From IMG/VR virus record IMGVR_UViG_3300024265_000006, positions 1 to 55,101 of that record: a stretch of DNA of 55,101 bases; one strand, written 5' to 3'. The DNA comes from a virus (taxonomy: Duplodnaviria > Caudoviricetes). Positions 8,440 to 16,591 of this stretch are shown here, in pieces (within the stretch, counting starts at the first letter, position 1; the number at the start of each line of letters is the position of its first letter). The notes under the pieces were generated by a model. It was not told the origin of the DNA. It saw only the letters and a list, made by a program, of their open reading frames with translations, and searched no databases. A program made the translations under genes and the position numbers.

Positions 8440-8744
8440 GTCTTTTCTCCGCGAGCTTCGGCTAGTAGCGCGTCAATAGATGATGACAAGGCGTCAAGCT
8501 CGATTAACGGATGGGTATGCTTATCTAGCGCTAACAATGTTTCGCTTACTGATTTTAGCATTCTGTACATCTTAGGCGCTGCGGCGATCAGGTGAGCGTT
8601 AGCTTCTGTTCTAGCGTCGATATCCATACACCCACCGGCAGCATCGTACTTACCTGGTTTGCCATGTAATATTACGGTGTTTTTTACATAGTCGACATTT
8701 TTATTGACAACCGACCACTTGCCCTGTGTGAATTTCTCTTTCAT
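8436..8744 (-). CDS. Conserved phage hypothetical protein (FTxGxW...ANAHLIAAAP family)
   Basis: KFTQGKW and EANAHLIAAAPKMY motifs, common in phage early regions. Confidence 0.7.
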   Translation of the reverse strand: MKEKFTQGKWSVVNKNVDYVKNTVILHGKPGKYDAAGGCMDIDARTEANAHLIAAAPKMYRMLKSVSETLLALDKHTHPLIELDALSSSIDALLAEARGEKT

Positions 8745-8796
8745 CGTTATTTCCTTATTTGCACCGGCCGATTAATCAAAGCCGGTGGGTTTTTAT

Positions 8797-9090
8797 TTAA
8801 ATCAATCGAGATTCTAATTGTGAAATCAAATCATGAATATTCGATAGCTTGTCGCCAGCCATCCCAGGCAATCTATCTATGACCTGAATCAAGTTGTTAG
8901 GATTCATACTGACCTCTTTTGGCTTATCACCACTAGTCAACGCCTCTCCATAAACACCAAGTCTTTCGTTTAAGCTGTCCAATCGATTAAGAACATCATT
9001 AATCTGATGGTAAACAGACATTAGTGATACATACTTTTCTTCGGTGCATGACACTGCTTGTCCGCATGCGCTTTCTGTTGATTTATTCAT
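8797..9090 (-). CDS. Hypothetical coiled-coil protein
   Basis: 97-aa ORF with a GAGGA RBS. Confidence 0.6.
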   Translation of the reverse strand: MNKSTESACGQAVSCTEEKYVSLMSVYHQINDVLNRLDSLNERLGVYGEALTSGDKPKEVSMNPNNLIQVIDRLPGMAGDKLSNIHDLISQLESRLI

Positions 9091-9123
9091 GTTACTTTCC
9101 TCTTGTTATGTTTTATTGATTAA

Positions 9124-9540
9124 TTAAATATTAATACCGTTTAAATGATCTATCTCATGCTGAACGCAAAAAGCAGACAGAGCGCGAACTTTCTTTTTAA
9201 TCGGATTCCAGTTTTCATCAAATCCTTCAACTACAACAATGTTGTCTCGCTTCATTGTTGATTGCTTGCCTGGGAACGATAAGCAACCTTCTTCGCTATT
9301 CTTCACCTTGCCTGATAGCTTTGTTATTTCTGGGTTGATAATGGCCGTAGAAAAGCCGTTAGTGTGGACAACTATCACCCGCTTTAATACACCGACCTGA
9401 TTAGCAGCAAGGCCAATGCCGTTATTGTCTGCCATGATTCGCCACATTTCAGACACAAGCTCTTTTACATCGCTACCAAGTTCCACGTCGGCAGCCTTTT
9501 GGTGAAGCGTTGCGAAATCATTCTTTTTTAATTCGAGCAT
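9124..9540 (-). CDS. def: Peptide deformylase, minimal phage type
   Basis: All three PDF motifs are present: GIGLAANQVG, EGCLS and QHEIDHLNG; 138 aa, ending immediately after motif 3 in ...GINI. Confidence 0.97.
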   Translation of the reverse strand: MLELKKNDFATLHQKAADVELGSDVKELVSEMWRIMADNNGIGLAANQVGVLKRVIVVHTNGFSTAIINPEITKLSGKVKNSEEGCLSFPGKQSTMKRDNIVVVEGFDENWNPIKKKVRALSAFCVQHEIDHLNGINI

Positions 9541-9601
9541 GTCATCTCTCTTTATTTAATTACGACCCAATTAAAGGCCTTCTTTTTTTATTTACTCTTA
9601 G

Positions 9602-9630
9602 ACATTAATCGTTATTCTCTACGGTGTCAA
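9602..9630 (-). promoter_or_regulatory. Sigma70-like promoter TTGACA-17-TAATGT upstream of def
   Basis: Shares CTATTGACR-N7-GAATA with two other leftward promoters. Confidence 0.7.
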
Positions 9631-9647
9631 TAGGCTTATTGACATAA

Positions 9648-9669
9648 TAAAGCCCACTGTGCATGGGCT
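9648..9669 (-). terminator. Probable intrinsic terminator
   Basis: Minus strand AGCCCA-tgcacag-TGGGCT followed by TTATT. Confidence 0.55.
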
Positions 9670-9690
9670 AATTATTACAAGTTGAATAGT

Positions 9691-9840
9691 TGGAGCTGGT
9701 GGCCAGTAGTCTCTCGACATCCACCTAAAGGGATCAGATAACGCGCTGGTACGCGAGATAGTCTTGGCAGCGAATCCCGAGACGGCCCTCCTAAGGGTTA
9801 GGTTAATATTTGCACTATAGCCTCGCTTTGCAAGTGCGCC
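9691..9840 (-). ncRNA. Candidate GC-rich structured RNA
   Basis: Noncoding; 58/100 GC over 9691-9790 by hand count; several complementary pairs; sits between a stop codon and a terminator. Confidence 0.35.
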
Positions 9841-9849
9841 CAGTTACAT

Positions 9850-10056
9850 TTAGTCTTCAAGAAACCCATTAATCACTAGATGCCCAAAAACAACAACAAA
9901 CACTGACATGAAAAGACCTAGTAGATACTCGCCAAAGAAATGCGCTTCAGTAATTTCAGTCATTTCAAAAATATTTAAGCTAGTAAATACAATGCTTCCT
10001 GACCCAACAATAATGCAAACACATCCAAACCACGTCATTTTCATTATAAGCCTCAT
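9850..10056 (-). CDS. Small two-TM membrane protein
   Basis: 68 aa, hydrophobic. Confidence 0.55.
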   Translation of the reverse strand: MRLIMKMTWFGCVCIIVGSGSIVFTSLNIFEMTEITEAHFFGEYLLGLFMSVFVVVFGHLVINGFLED

Positions 10057-10286
10057 TTATTAAAAAATATAAAAATAGAATATGCTGACATCAACAACAA
10101 TGAAATTACGCATGCTTTACTAATTATTAACGAAATCCGCAAAGCGCCTTCATATTGTGATACAAATCCCGTACATGGATAATTTCCGTGACTTGGCCAT
10201 TCCGAAATACGACAGTTATGACAATGACATTTTGGCTTAGTGGCGTATTCTGTCTTTGGCTGAAGCGTTGGGTCAGTGTCACTCAT
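10053..10286 (-). CDS. Hypothetical Cys-rich protein with C-terminal TM
   Basis: CHCHNC...C followed by a hydrophobic tail. Confidence 0.55.
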   Translation of the reverse strand: MSDTDPTLQPKTEYATKPKCHCHNCRISEWPSHGNYPCTGFVSQYEGALRISLIISKACVISLLLMSAYSIFIFFNK

Positions 10287-10457
10287 CGTAAAGTTCCTCT
10301 TTTGTTATGCCCATTTCATTTAAAAACTTTGTTCTTCGAAAGCTTGGGTTGCCTCGCGTAACCTCTCGGCGCTCAGTGTTTGTTTGCGCTTCTGTGCTGC
10401 TGGCGCTGCGTTATTTTCATCAATTACATGCTGATCTATCGGGCTTTTAAAAGCCAT
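10279..10457 (-). pseudogene. Small ORF apparently broken by a 1-nt deletion
   Basis: MAFKSPIDQH...AFEEQSF* stops at 10320-10322; the -1 frame continues LNEMGITKEELYDE* and ends overlapping the next start. Confidence 0.45.
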
Positions 10458-10773
10458 CGTGCCAATCTCCGTTAGTTATTAAGCCGTTATTTGATATCAG
10501 AACCGGTTTTTGGTGGAGGTTTGTTTTCATCCATGACCAACCATCGGGCGGTAGAGGTAACGAACCATTACCCGGCCAATCACTTAACGATTTATCACAC
10601 CACTTTAGTGCTTCGTCGCGTGACATTGCTTTTCCTGTCGACTTGGCGAGGATCCAATTGCTAAGTGTGAATATTAAAGTACCAATCAAAGCAAATAATA
10701 CTGCCTGGTTTAAATCTGCTACCTGCTGGAACAAAATCATCAATAATACAAATTCAATTAATAATTTAAGCAT
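10447..10773 (-). CDS. Hypothetical membrane-anchored protein
   Basis: 108 aa with two N-terminal hydrophobic segments. Confidence 0.6.
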   Translation of the reverse strand: MLKLLIEFVLLMILFQQVADLNQAVLFALIGTLIFTLSNWILAKSTGKAMSRDEALKWCDKSLSDWPGNGSLPLPPDGWSWMKTNLHQKPVLISNNGLITNGDWHDGF

Positions 10774-10904
10774 AGGTTAATCTCCATAAAATAATACAAA
10801 TAATAACTTTGATTAAAAAGCCAGTTACAGCAAGAACAACAATATCTTCTTTGGGTGGGTAATCTTCTAATTTTTTCGGATGTAAGAACATGTTGATCTC
10901 TCCT

Positions 10905-11201
10905 TTACGATTTTTTAGGTTCGTAATCTCGTATTTTTTCAGCTGTTTCCTTGCTCAATCCACGCCCTACATACTCCATAGGATCTGATATTTTTAAATC
11001 AGACAAAAACTCAGGTAAATTATTTGGCAAATTTTCACAATTCCAAAACCACCATTGGTCAGAAATACTTTGAGGTGTGGCATGTTGATATGTTATACCA
11101 AGCTCTTCCATTACAGCTTGTGGATGATACATTACAGCTTGTGGATTACCTGACACCTTAGAGTCACGGGCGGCATAAAAGCAATATTTTAAGTGTTTCA
11201 T
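10905..11201 (-). CDS. Conserved phage hypothetical protein
   Basis: HPQAVMEELGITYQHATPQSISDQWWFWNCEN, with a short internal duplication (PQAVM x2). Confidence 0.65.
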   Translation of the reverse strand: MKHLKYCFYAARDSKVSGNPQAVMYHPQAVMEELGITYQHATPQSISDQWWFWNCENLPNNLPEFLSDLKISDPMEYVGRGLSKETAEKIRDYEPKKS

Positions 11202-11245
11202 AATAATCTCCGTTGTTGCTTTATAATCAACTTACGCCTTATTCC

Positions 11246-11491
11246 CTACAGTGTCAACAATATTATTACGCATAAAATAAGTAATCCAATAATTATAATG
11301 CGAGCTATTTTCATGCGATCGCTTGGCAGGCATTCAAGTCTTTTAAGGTAACGAAGTGGCCGAATAAATGTCGAACCGTCATGATCTATTTGTAGAGTGA
11401 CCTCTTGAAACACGTTCGACACTTTGATTATTGTCATGTGCCCGTAATCACGGCTAAAATACCTTCTACCGACTAACCCGCGCATCTGCAT
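11246..11491 (-). CDS. Hypothetical protein with C-terminal TM
   Basis: 81-aa ORF. Confidence 0.55.
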   Translation of the reverse strand: MQMRGLVGRRYFSRDYGHMTIIKVSNVFQEVTLQIDHDGSTFIRPLRYLKRLECLPSDRMKIARIIIIGLLILCVIILLTL

Positions 11492-11494
11492 GCC

Positions 11495-11698
11495 TTAATG
11501 CTTTGCGTTGCTAATAGGCAATTGAGCGCCTTCTGTGTCCTGCATTTCAACCTTTAGCTCACCCTTCCAAAATGCCTCGTCCATTGCGTAGTTTACCATA
11601 GCGTCATAATCCATACTTTCAATGTCAGCATCATCAAACATTATATCCAACTCGACATAACTTTTGCCTATTGTTAATTTAACTCGCTTTATTGGCAT
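11495..11698 (-). CDS. Hypothetical protein
   Basis: 67-aa ORF. Confidence 0.55.
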   Translation of the reverse strand: MPIKRVKLTIGKSYVELDIMFDDADIESMDYDAMVNYAMDEAFWKGELKVEMQDTEGAQLPISNAKH

Positions 11699-11728
11699 GA
11701 TGAAGACCTTCCATTTTAAGATTAATAG

Positions 11729-11920
11729 TTAAGTTTCATTAAGACTTTTAATCATAAGAGCTTCTTTCTTTTTGATGATTTCTTTATATTCATCACTACT
11801 TTTAACCTTCTTTAAGACTTCAATTTTTATCTCGTCTTGAATGCATTGTTCTAGCGAATCATCACCTCAACGTTCGATGAAGCCATCAAGATTAAATTCA
11901 ACACTTACTTTTAAGTCCAT
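11729..11920 (-). pseudogene. 63-codon ORF with an in-frame TGA at codon 18
   Basis: MDLKVSVEFNLDGFIER*GDDSLEQCIQDEIKIEVLKKVKSSDEYKEIIKKKEALMIKSLNET; TGA at 11867-11869. Confidence 0.55.
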
Positions 11921-11939
11921 AATTTTTCCGTCCTATTAA

Positions 11940-12368
11940 TTAAGAATTCATTTTTAAATAGTTATTATTAAATTTATTTAAAAAATCTTTCTCATTTAGT
12001 TCATGATTGCCCAACCATTTTGAGCCACCATTATGGTGGTATGTTGAACCATGTATTTCAGGGTTTTTGGAGGTTGTTTTTTTATTGTAACCTTGATTAC
12101 TGGTAGCACCATAAAAATGACCGCACGACTTAACTTTGATAGGATTAGTTAAAACAAAATCAAATAAACCATCATTGTTTTCAACAAAAACAAGATATCC
12201 TGACCTTGTTGGTATTGCCCATTGGTTTGATCCCGTAAACAATAGGTGGCTATTTCGCTTTGGTATAACGCGCGCAATTCGAACAGGAACTATTTTCCCT
12301 TTTTTGATGAATTCACCTTTAGCTTTAATTTCATCAATACTTTTAAATGGTTTATATATTGCGTTCAT
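11940..12368 (-). CDS. Hypothetical AT-rich protein
   Basis: 142-aa ORF with a GGAG RBS. Confidence 0.6.
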   Translation of the reverse strand: MNAIYKPFKSIDEIKAKGEFIKKGKIVPVRIARVIPKRNSHLLFTGSNQWAIPTRSGYLVFVENNDGLFDFVLTNPIKVKSCGHFYGATSNQGYNKKTTSKNPEIHGSTYHHNGGSKWLGNHELNEKDFLNKFNNNYLKMNS

Positions 12369-12390
12369 TTTATTCTCCGTTTAACATCAC

Positions 12391-12615
12391 TTAAGTGATT
12401 CCAATTAAATTATATGCGCCCTTAGGCGTATTAATTATAGTAGCGCCCGTAAAAATGCATGAGTGGCATCCTCCTAAAACTACTCCTGTCGCGTTCTGCG
12501 ATATACGTTTGGTTGGCCAATCTTTAAATATCTCAGCCTCAAGTTTTTCAACTGCGAGTTTTAGTGCGTTCTGACCTTTAATCGCTTCAGCATTATCCTT
12601 TGGTTGTACGGTCAT
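12391..12615 (-). CDS. Hypothetical protein
   Basis: 74-aa ORF overlapping the upstream stop. Confidence 0.5.
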   Translation of the reverse strand: MTVQPKDNAEAIKGQNALKLAVEKLEAEIFKDWPTKRISQNATGVVLGGCHSCIFTGATIINTPKGAYNLIGIT

Positions 12616-12929
12616 CGTTTTGAGCTCCTTTTAAATTTGCCGCGGCGTTGCTTGCGGTGGTTTGGTGTGTAATCTTGGTGGTTCGGCGCGAGGTGTATCC
12701 GTGGGTCATATGTCTCCTCCGGCATTATTAATTCCAGACTTAGATCTGGGATAAGTGTAGTTGTTATTTCCCACGGTGCAGATTGTCGAAATTCCTCGGC
12801 TGCTTTCCTAGCTGCTTGACCAAGACCAAGTATAGCAAGTATCATCGAGGCAGCTATATTGTGATCTACAATTAAAACCCTAATTGGCTCGCCAGCTCCG
12901 CAGCACGGGCAGTTTTTATGTGTACTCAT
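12612..12929 (-). CDS. Hypothetical protein
   Basis: 105 aa with N-terminal CPCCG and a basic C-terminus. Confidence 0.55.
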   Translation of the reverse strand: MSTHKNCPCCGAGEPIRVLIVDHNIAASMILAILGLGQAARKAAEEFRQSAPWEITTTLIPDLSLELIMPEETYDPRIHLAPNHQDYTPNHRKQRRGKFKRSSKR

Positions 12930-12969
12930 ATTCCACTCCTGATGGCTTTCATTAACTCATAGAGAAGCT

Positions 12970-13356
12970 CTAAATGCTCTTTAATGCATTAGATGCCGTC
13001 ATGTCCTCTTGCATTGATTTTACTTTTTCAACCCATGCTTCGAGCTCGGTTATCCGATCGCTCTGCAGCTTTATGTAATTAACTGAGATCTTGTCTACTT
13101 CTTCAAGCTCTGCAATGCGATGTTGATCGTCTTCGTAGGAATTAAACTTGTAGGCACAATAGTCCAATAACGGGCGCAACGGATCGGTCTCGTCCTCATC
13201 AGTCGGACCCTGACCTATTGCGCACATATCGAAATTTATATCACATTTACCACAATGTATTATGTGACAAGAATGCGGTTCGTCTGATTCGTTTCCGCAC
13301 CACGTCGCGGGGTCTCCACAAAACGGGCAGTTGCCAAGCTTAATGTCAATACTCAT
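12970..13356 (-). CDS. Lar-like (restriction alleviation) zinc-ribbon protein with coiled-coil tail
   Basis: LGNCPFCG...IHCGKC pattern typical of Lar-family phage proteins. Confidence 0.55.
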   Translation of the reverse strand: MSIDIKLGNCPFCGDPATWCGNESDEPHSCHIIHCGKCDINFDMCAIGQGPTDEDETDPLRPLLDYCAYKFNSYEDDQHRIAELEEVDKISVNYIKLQSDRITELEAWVEKVKSMQEDMTASNALKSI

Positions 13357-13643
13357 TATTTATCCTTATTTTTCACATGGCCAACGGCTAGAAAAACAAC
13401 ATCTTTTATTTTTGTTACATCGTCCTTTAAAGCGGTTGACATTACGTCACCAAGATCGTTATCAATATGAGATAGGCCACGGTGAACAGCAGTCGATGCG
13501 GTTAACGTTCTGGTGGCAATAAGAGTTTTACCTATGAAAAGGTCGGTTATAATTTTGCAGTCTAACGGGTATTGGTTGATCGTTACTTTAGATCGCTTTA
13601 ATAAATTATCAAAATGCTCTTTAGTTATGGTTTGCATAATCAC
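13356..13643 (-). CDS. Hypothetical protein
   Basis: 95-aa ORF coupled to both neighbours. Confidence 0.55.
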   Translation of the reverse strand: MIMQTITKEHFDNLLKRSKVTINQYPLDCKIITDLFIGKTLIATRTLTASTAVHRGLSHIDNDLGDVMSTALKDDVTKIKDVVFLAVGHVKNKDK

Positions 13644-14029
13644 ACCTTATTGAATGAGGCCAGGGCTCGCGCTTGCAATTCGTCACTGGCTTTTAATGCG
13701 TAGGGGTTTCTAGTGACAATACCCTGTGCGATGATGTTTAAATACATGGAGCTCGTTTTCGATTTTGAAGGAGTTACAATACCCCGGGCGATGACATTTA
13801 AGCGTTCGTGCTTAACAGCTTGGCGCATTACAGTGCTGCGCAATTGTGAGAGCTTACCCATGTATTTATTAACCAGCGACTCAGATACGCCAGCTCGCTT
13901 TGCAATTCCTCGACGGGTTATGCTGTCAACTCCATACTCAGCGGCTTCTTCTAATGCGGCTGCCAAAATATCGACTTTGCGAGCGTCAGGCTCCTTTCGA
14001 GTACGCATTGATTTTTCGTTGTTTGACAT
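13640..14029 (-). CDS. TetR-like HTH transcriptional regulator
   Basis: RKVDILAAALEEAAEYGVDSITRRGIAKRAGVSESLVNKYMG is a TetR N-terminal HTH. Confidence 0.85.
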   Translation of the reverse strand: MSNNEKSMRTRKEPDARKVDILAAALEEAAEYGVDSITRRGIAKRAGVSESLVNKYMGKLSQLRSTVMRQAVKHERLNVIARGIVTPSKSKTSSMYLNIIAQGIVTRNPYALKASDELQARALASFNKV

Positions 14030-14065
14030 GGTTTTCCTTAAAAATTAATTAATGACACAACAACC

Positions 14066-14093
14066 ATAGTAATACTATTCGCTATCGTGTCAA
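14066..14093 (-). promoter_or_regulatory. Promoter TTGACA-16-TACTAT overlapped by the inverted repeat ACTATT-N12-AATAGT
   Basis: Directly upstream of the TetR-like gene. Confidence 0.65.
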
Positions 14094-14221
14094 TAGTTAA
14101 TTACTCATCATCCTCTTCAAATTTATTAATTAAATATATTGAAATCGCAACGCATGTAACAGCGAATATAAATAATACAGACATCGCGACTGTGGTTAAA
14201 GTAAGCGCACGCATCGCTATA

Positions 14222-14422
14222 TCAAAGGTCAACATAATCTTTGGCCGGTTCAGGTTTTTTTTGGTCGTACTCTATGTATTCAGTTTCAGTAATTATAGCA
14301 TGAGCCATCACTAAGCCGTTTAGCATTGCTAGGCTCTGCTTGCAAATTAGGTGGTTCCCAGTTTTTTCTGCGTCAGCTATAAACTCAGCCAGCTTAATAA
14401 TATTTAATTCGTGTTTTGTCAT
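14222..14422 (-). CDS. Hypothetical protein
   Basis: 66-aa ORF with an AAGGA RBS. Confidence 0.55.
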   Translation of the reverse strand: MTKHELNIIKLAEFIADAEKTGNHLICKQSLAMLNGLVMAHAIITETEYIEYDQKKPEPAKDYVDL

Positions 14423-14450
14423 GTTAGTTCCTTTGTTGTTTTACTACTGG

Positions 14451-14471
14451 TAAAGCCCGAATTAACGGGCT
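14451..14471 (-). terminator. Probable intrinsic terminator
   Basis: Minus strand AGCCCG-ttaatt-CGGGCT-TTA. Confidence 0.55.
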
Positions 14472-14494
14472 GGTTTTGGTAGTCCAGAGCATTA

Positions 14495-14680
14495 TCAATG
14501 TTGAAGTTTTATAGATTGAATCTCGAATAAAACCTTATCATGACAATCATAACAAACATTTTCTTCGCTTGATTCTCCAGTTAAATTTCCTGAATTGTCG
14601 TCATCGTACTTGTCTGACTCGATTCGGAACTTATCACCTTCAACAATTTGCTTTTTACATATCGTGCATTTGAATTTCAT
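14495..14680 (-). CDS. Small zinc-finger-like protein (CxxC...CxxC)
   Basis: CTIC...CYDC. Confidence 0.55.
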   Translation of the reverse strand: MKFKCTICKKQIVEGDKFRIESDKYDDDNSGNLTGESSEENVCYDCHDKVLFEIQSIKLQH

Positions 14681-14700
14681 GTTTATTCCCTTAATTTATA

Positions 14701-14979
14701 TCACTTATCTGATTCATTATTAATGTGAGCCCAATCCAGCGCTTTGATTGCCTCAATCTTTCCAGCGATAACGTTTAACTTTGCCATATCTCTGTTTAGA
14801 TTAGACTGAGCGACCCCGTTAATCTTTGCGCTTTGGCTAATTGTGAAGCCCTTGGTTAAGTGATCGATAATTGCTTGGTGCATGTCCTCACTATCCATTT
14901 TGGTGAAGCTGATTATTAGCTCTACGCGCTTTTGGGGTTCACTTCCCTGGATTAGGTATTTCATATTACTTCTCGGCAT
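14701..14979 (-). CDS. PapB/FocB-family transcriptional regulator
   Basis: LIQGSEPQKRVELIISFTKMDSEDMHQAIIDHLTKG...NGVAQSNLNR follows the PapB pattern. Confidence 0.75.
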   Translation of the reverse strand: MPRSNMKYLIQGSEPQKRVELIISFTKMDSEDMHQAIIDHLTKGFTISQSAKINGVAQSNLNRDMAKLNVIAGKIEAIKALDWAHINNESDK

Positions 14980-15289
14980 CGCTAGGCGAGCTAATACTTA
15001 GCAGAGATTCAAAGCTAGCAATAATCCCTTTGTCTTTGCGAATAGAATTCTCCAACCTTTCTATTTGTGACTTAATAGTTACATCAAACAAGTCAGCATC
15101 AATGGCCACGGCTCCGTTTGATGTCCCGCCATTAATATAACAAACCGCCGGTTGAAGGTGTGATGCTGTAGCGGTTACCGCTAGAGCTTTCAATTTATCA
15201 ATAGTTTTTTCAGCATCTTCGATTTTCTTGATTTTATCTTTTATTAATTTCATATCGTTCTCGCTTCTACTTGTTAGTGGCTTACCCAT
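14966..15289 (-). CDS. Hypothetical coiled-coil protein
   Basis: 107-aa ORF. Confidence 0.6.
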   Translation of the reverse strand: MGKPLTSRSENDMKLIKDKIKKIEDAEKTIDKLKALAVTATASHLQPAVCYINGGTSNGAVAIDADLFDVTIKSQIERLENSIRKDKGIIASFESLLSISSPSDAEK

Positions 15290-15330
15290 AAGATAAGCCT
15301 TGTTTGTGGGTTTGGGTATTAGACCTTTGG

Positions 15331-16323
15331 CTAGTATCGAATGGTTACTGCCGGGATTAAGCCCTTGGCAATTGCTTTAACTATCGCTTTCGCCCCTACC
15401 TCATGAAATCCCAACGCCATAATAGCGTCTTTTGCTGCGTTGTTTTTAGCCATCTTATTATCTAAATCAGCCTCGCGAGCTGCCTGATTTCGCTTTTGTT
15501 GGTCGGCTAGAGCTTGCTGGCGTTTAGCTTCGGCTGCCTGGACATTTTTGGTGGCAATTAATTTGTCGTTGTAATCGTAAGCATCGCTGATGTATTCAAT
15601 CCATTCGTCAAGAGCTTGACGTTTGCGGGCTTCTTCTGCGGCTATCGCTGCCTGTCTATCAAAATCAATTTTGGCGTTGATTCCGTAAGCCTCAGCGATA
15701 TAAGTTAACCATTCGGCATCCTTGGTGGCTTGCTTTGCTGCGGCTTCACGCTGTTCGGCTGCGGCAGTATCAAGCTGTGCCTGTTTAATTTCAGCCGCAG
15801 CTTCTAGCTCGGCTTTGGCTGTTGCCTTGGCTGCCGCCTCAATTTTTGCCGTTTCAATTTCAGCCAATCGATCAGTTTCGGTCTGGGCTGCTTTTAGATC
15901 TCGATTTTCTTTTTCAAGATAACCCGCCTCTAAATCAGCATCGAACTTAACAAGATATGCCTTAACATCTTTTATTTGCTTCTGCTCGGCTTGGTAGTCA
16001 GTTAACGGTTGGCGCAATTCAGTTTGCAGATCGTTTAAAAAGTCCTTAACCTTTTTGCGGTTCGCGTCAATTTTCTTAGGGATAAGTTTGTATTCAGCCG
16101 CCAGTGCTTTTCCTTCATCTTCAAGAAATGTCTTACAATCGGTAACCTTGGTGATATTTTTTGTTATTTCACTGCGGGTTTTTGTTGTCGAAATATCAGG
16201 AACGTGAGCCCTAGCTTCTTTGGCTATTTCATCAAGGATTTGATCAACCGAATCGCCCTTGGTGAAAAACGGAATAATTTTTAATCCTTTAATTACCAAT
16301 AGTTCAGTTTTCATATTATTCAC
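15331..16323 (-). CDS. Conserved phage coiled-coil protein (often annotated TolA-like)
   Basis: VPDISTTKTR...PKKIDANRK...LRQPLT N-terminus, Ala/Glu/Lys-rich middle and AIAKGLIPAVTIRY C-terminus. Confidence 0.75.
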   Translation of the reverse strand: MNNMKTELLVIKGLKIIPFFTKGDSVDQILDEIAKEARAHVPDISTTKTRSEITKNITKVTDCKTFLEDEGKALAAEYKLIPKKIDANRKKVKDFLNDLQTELRQPLTDYQAEQKQIKDVKAYLVKFDADLEAGYLEKENRDLKAAQTETDRLAEIETAKIEAAAKATAKAELEAAAEIKQAQLDTAAAEQREAAAKQATKDAEWLTYIAEAYGINAKIDFDRQAAIAAEEARKRQALDEWIEYISDAYDYNDKLIATKNVQAAEAKRQQALADQQKRNQAAREADLDNKMAKNNAAKDAIMALGFHEVGAKAIVKAIAKGLIPAVTIRY

Positions 16324-16591
16324 CTTTCCCGATCAATTTTGAGATTGTGTTTAGCTTATCCAATGATGGTTCGCGAGTTTTATCATCCTCATTAATGAAT
16401 GACTCAATTAAAGATCTGATTTTTTCTTGGCGTTTACCGGTGAATTTAACGGAGTAATACCCATCAGATGCACTGATTAGATAACCATCCTTTTTTGAAG
16501 CCTGGTTAACCATGTTGATTTTTTTCTGTATATCTTCGCTTTGTTGTTCTACTGATTTAATCAGAAATTTTAAGTTTTCCATTTCATCCAC
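16316..16591 (-). CDS. Hypothetical protein
   Basis: 91-aa ORF. Confidence 0.55.
   Translation of the reverse strand: MDEMENLKFLIKSVEQQSEDIQKKINMVNQASKKDGYLISASDGYYSVKFTGKRQEKIRSLIESFINEDDKTREPSLDKLNTISKLIGKGE

Noticed and set aside
9625-9644. TGTCAATA-ggct-TATTGACA palindrome as a divergent promoter pair
   Set aside because: The plus-strand TTGACA has no acceptable -10 at 16-18 bp; only the leftward promoter is supported.
9691-9840. tRNA, tmRNA or group I intron call for the GC-rich element
   Set aside because: No GTTCRA T-loop, no 5' acceptor strand matching CAGCTCC, and the GAGACTA motif has no downstream S-element partner on the same strand; kept only as a candidate ncRNA.
11867-11869. 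Genome-wide TGA recoding
   Set aside because: TGA terminates clear genes at their natural ends (ssb after DDDIPF, terS) and no suppressor tRNA is visible.
15331-16323. TolA call for the Ala/Glu/Lys-rich protein
   Set aside because: The similarity is low-complexity coiled coil only; there is no TM anchor or TolA C-terminal domain.
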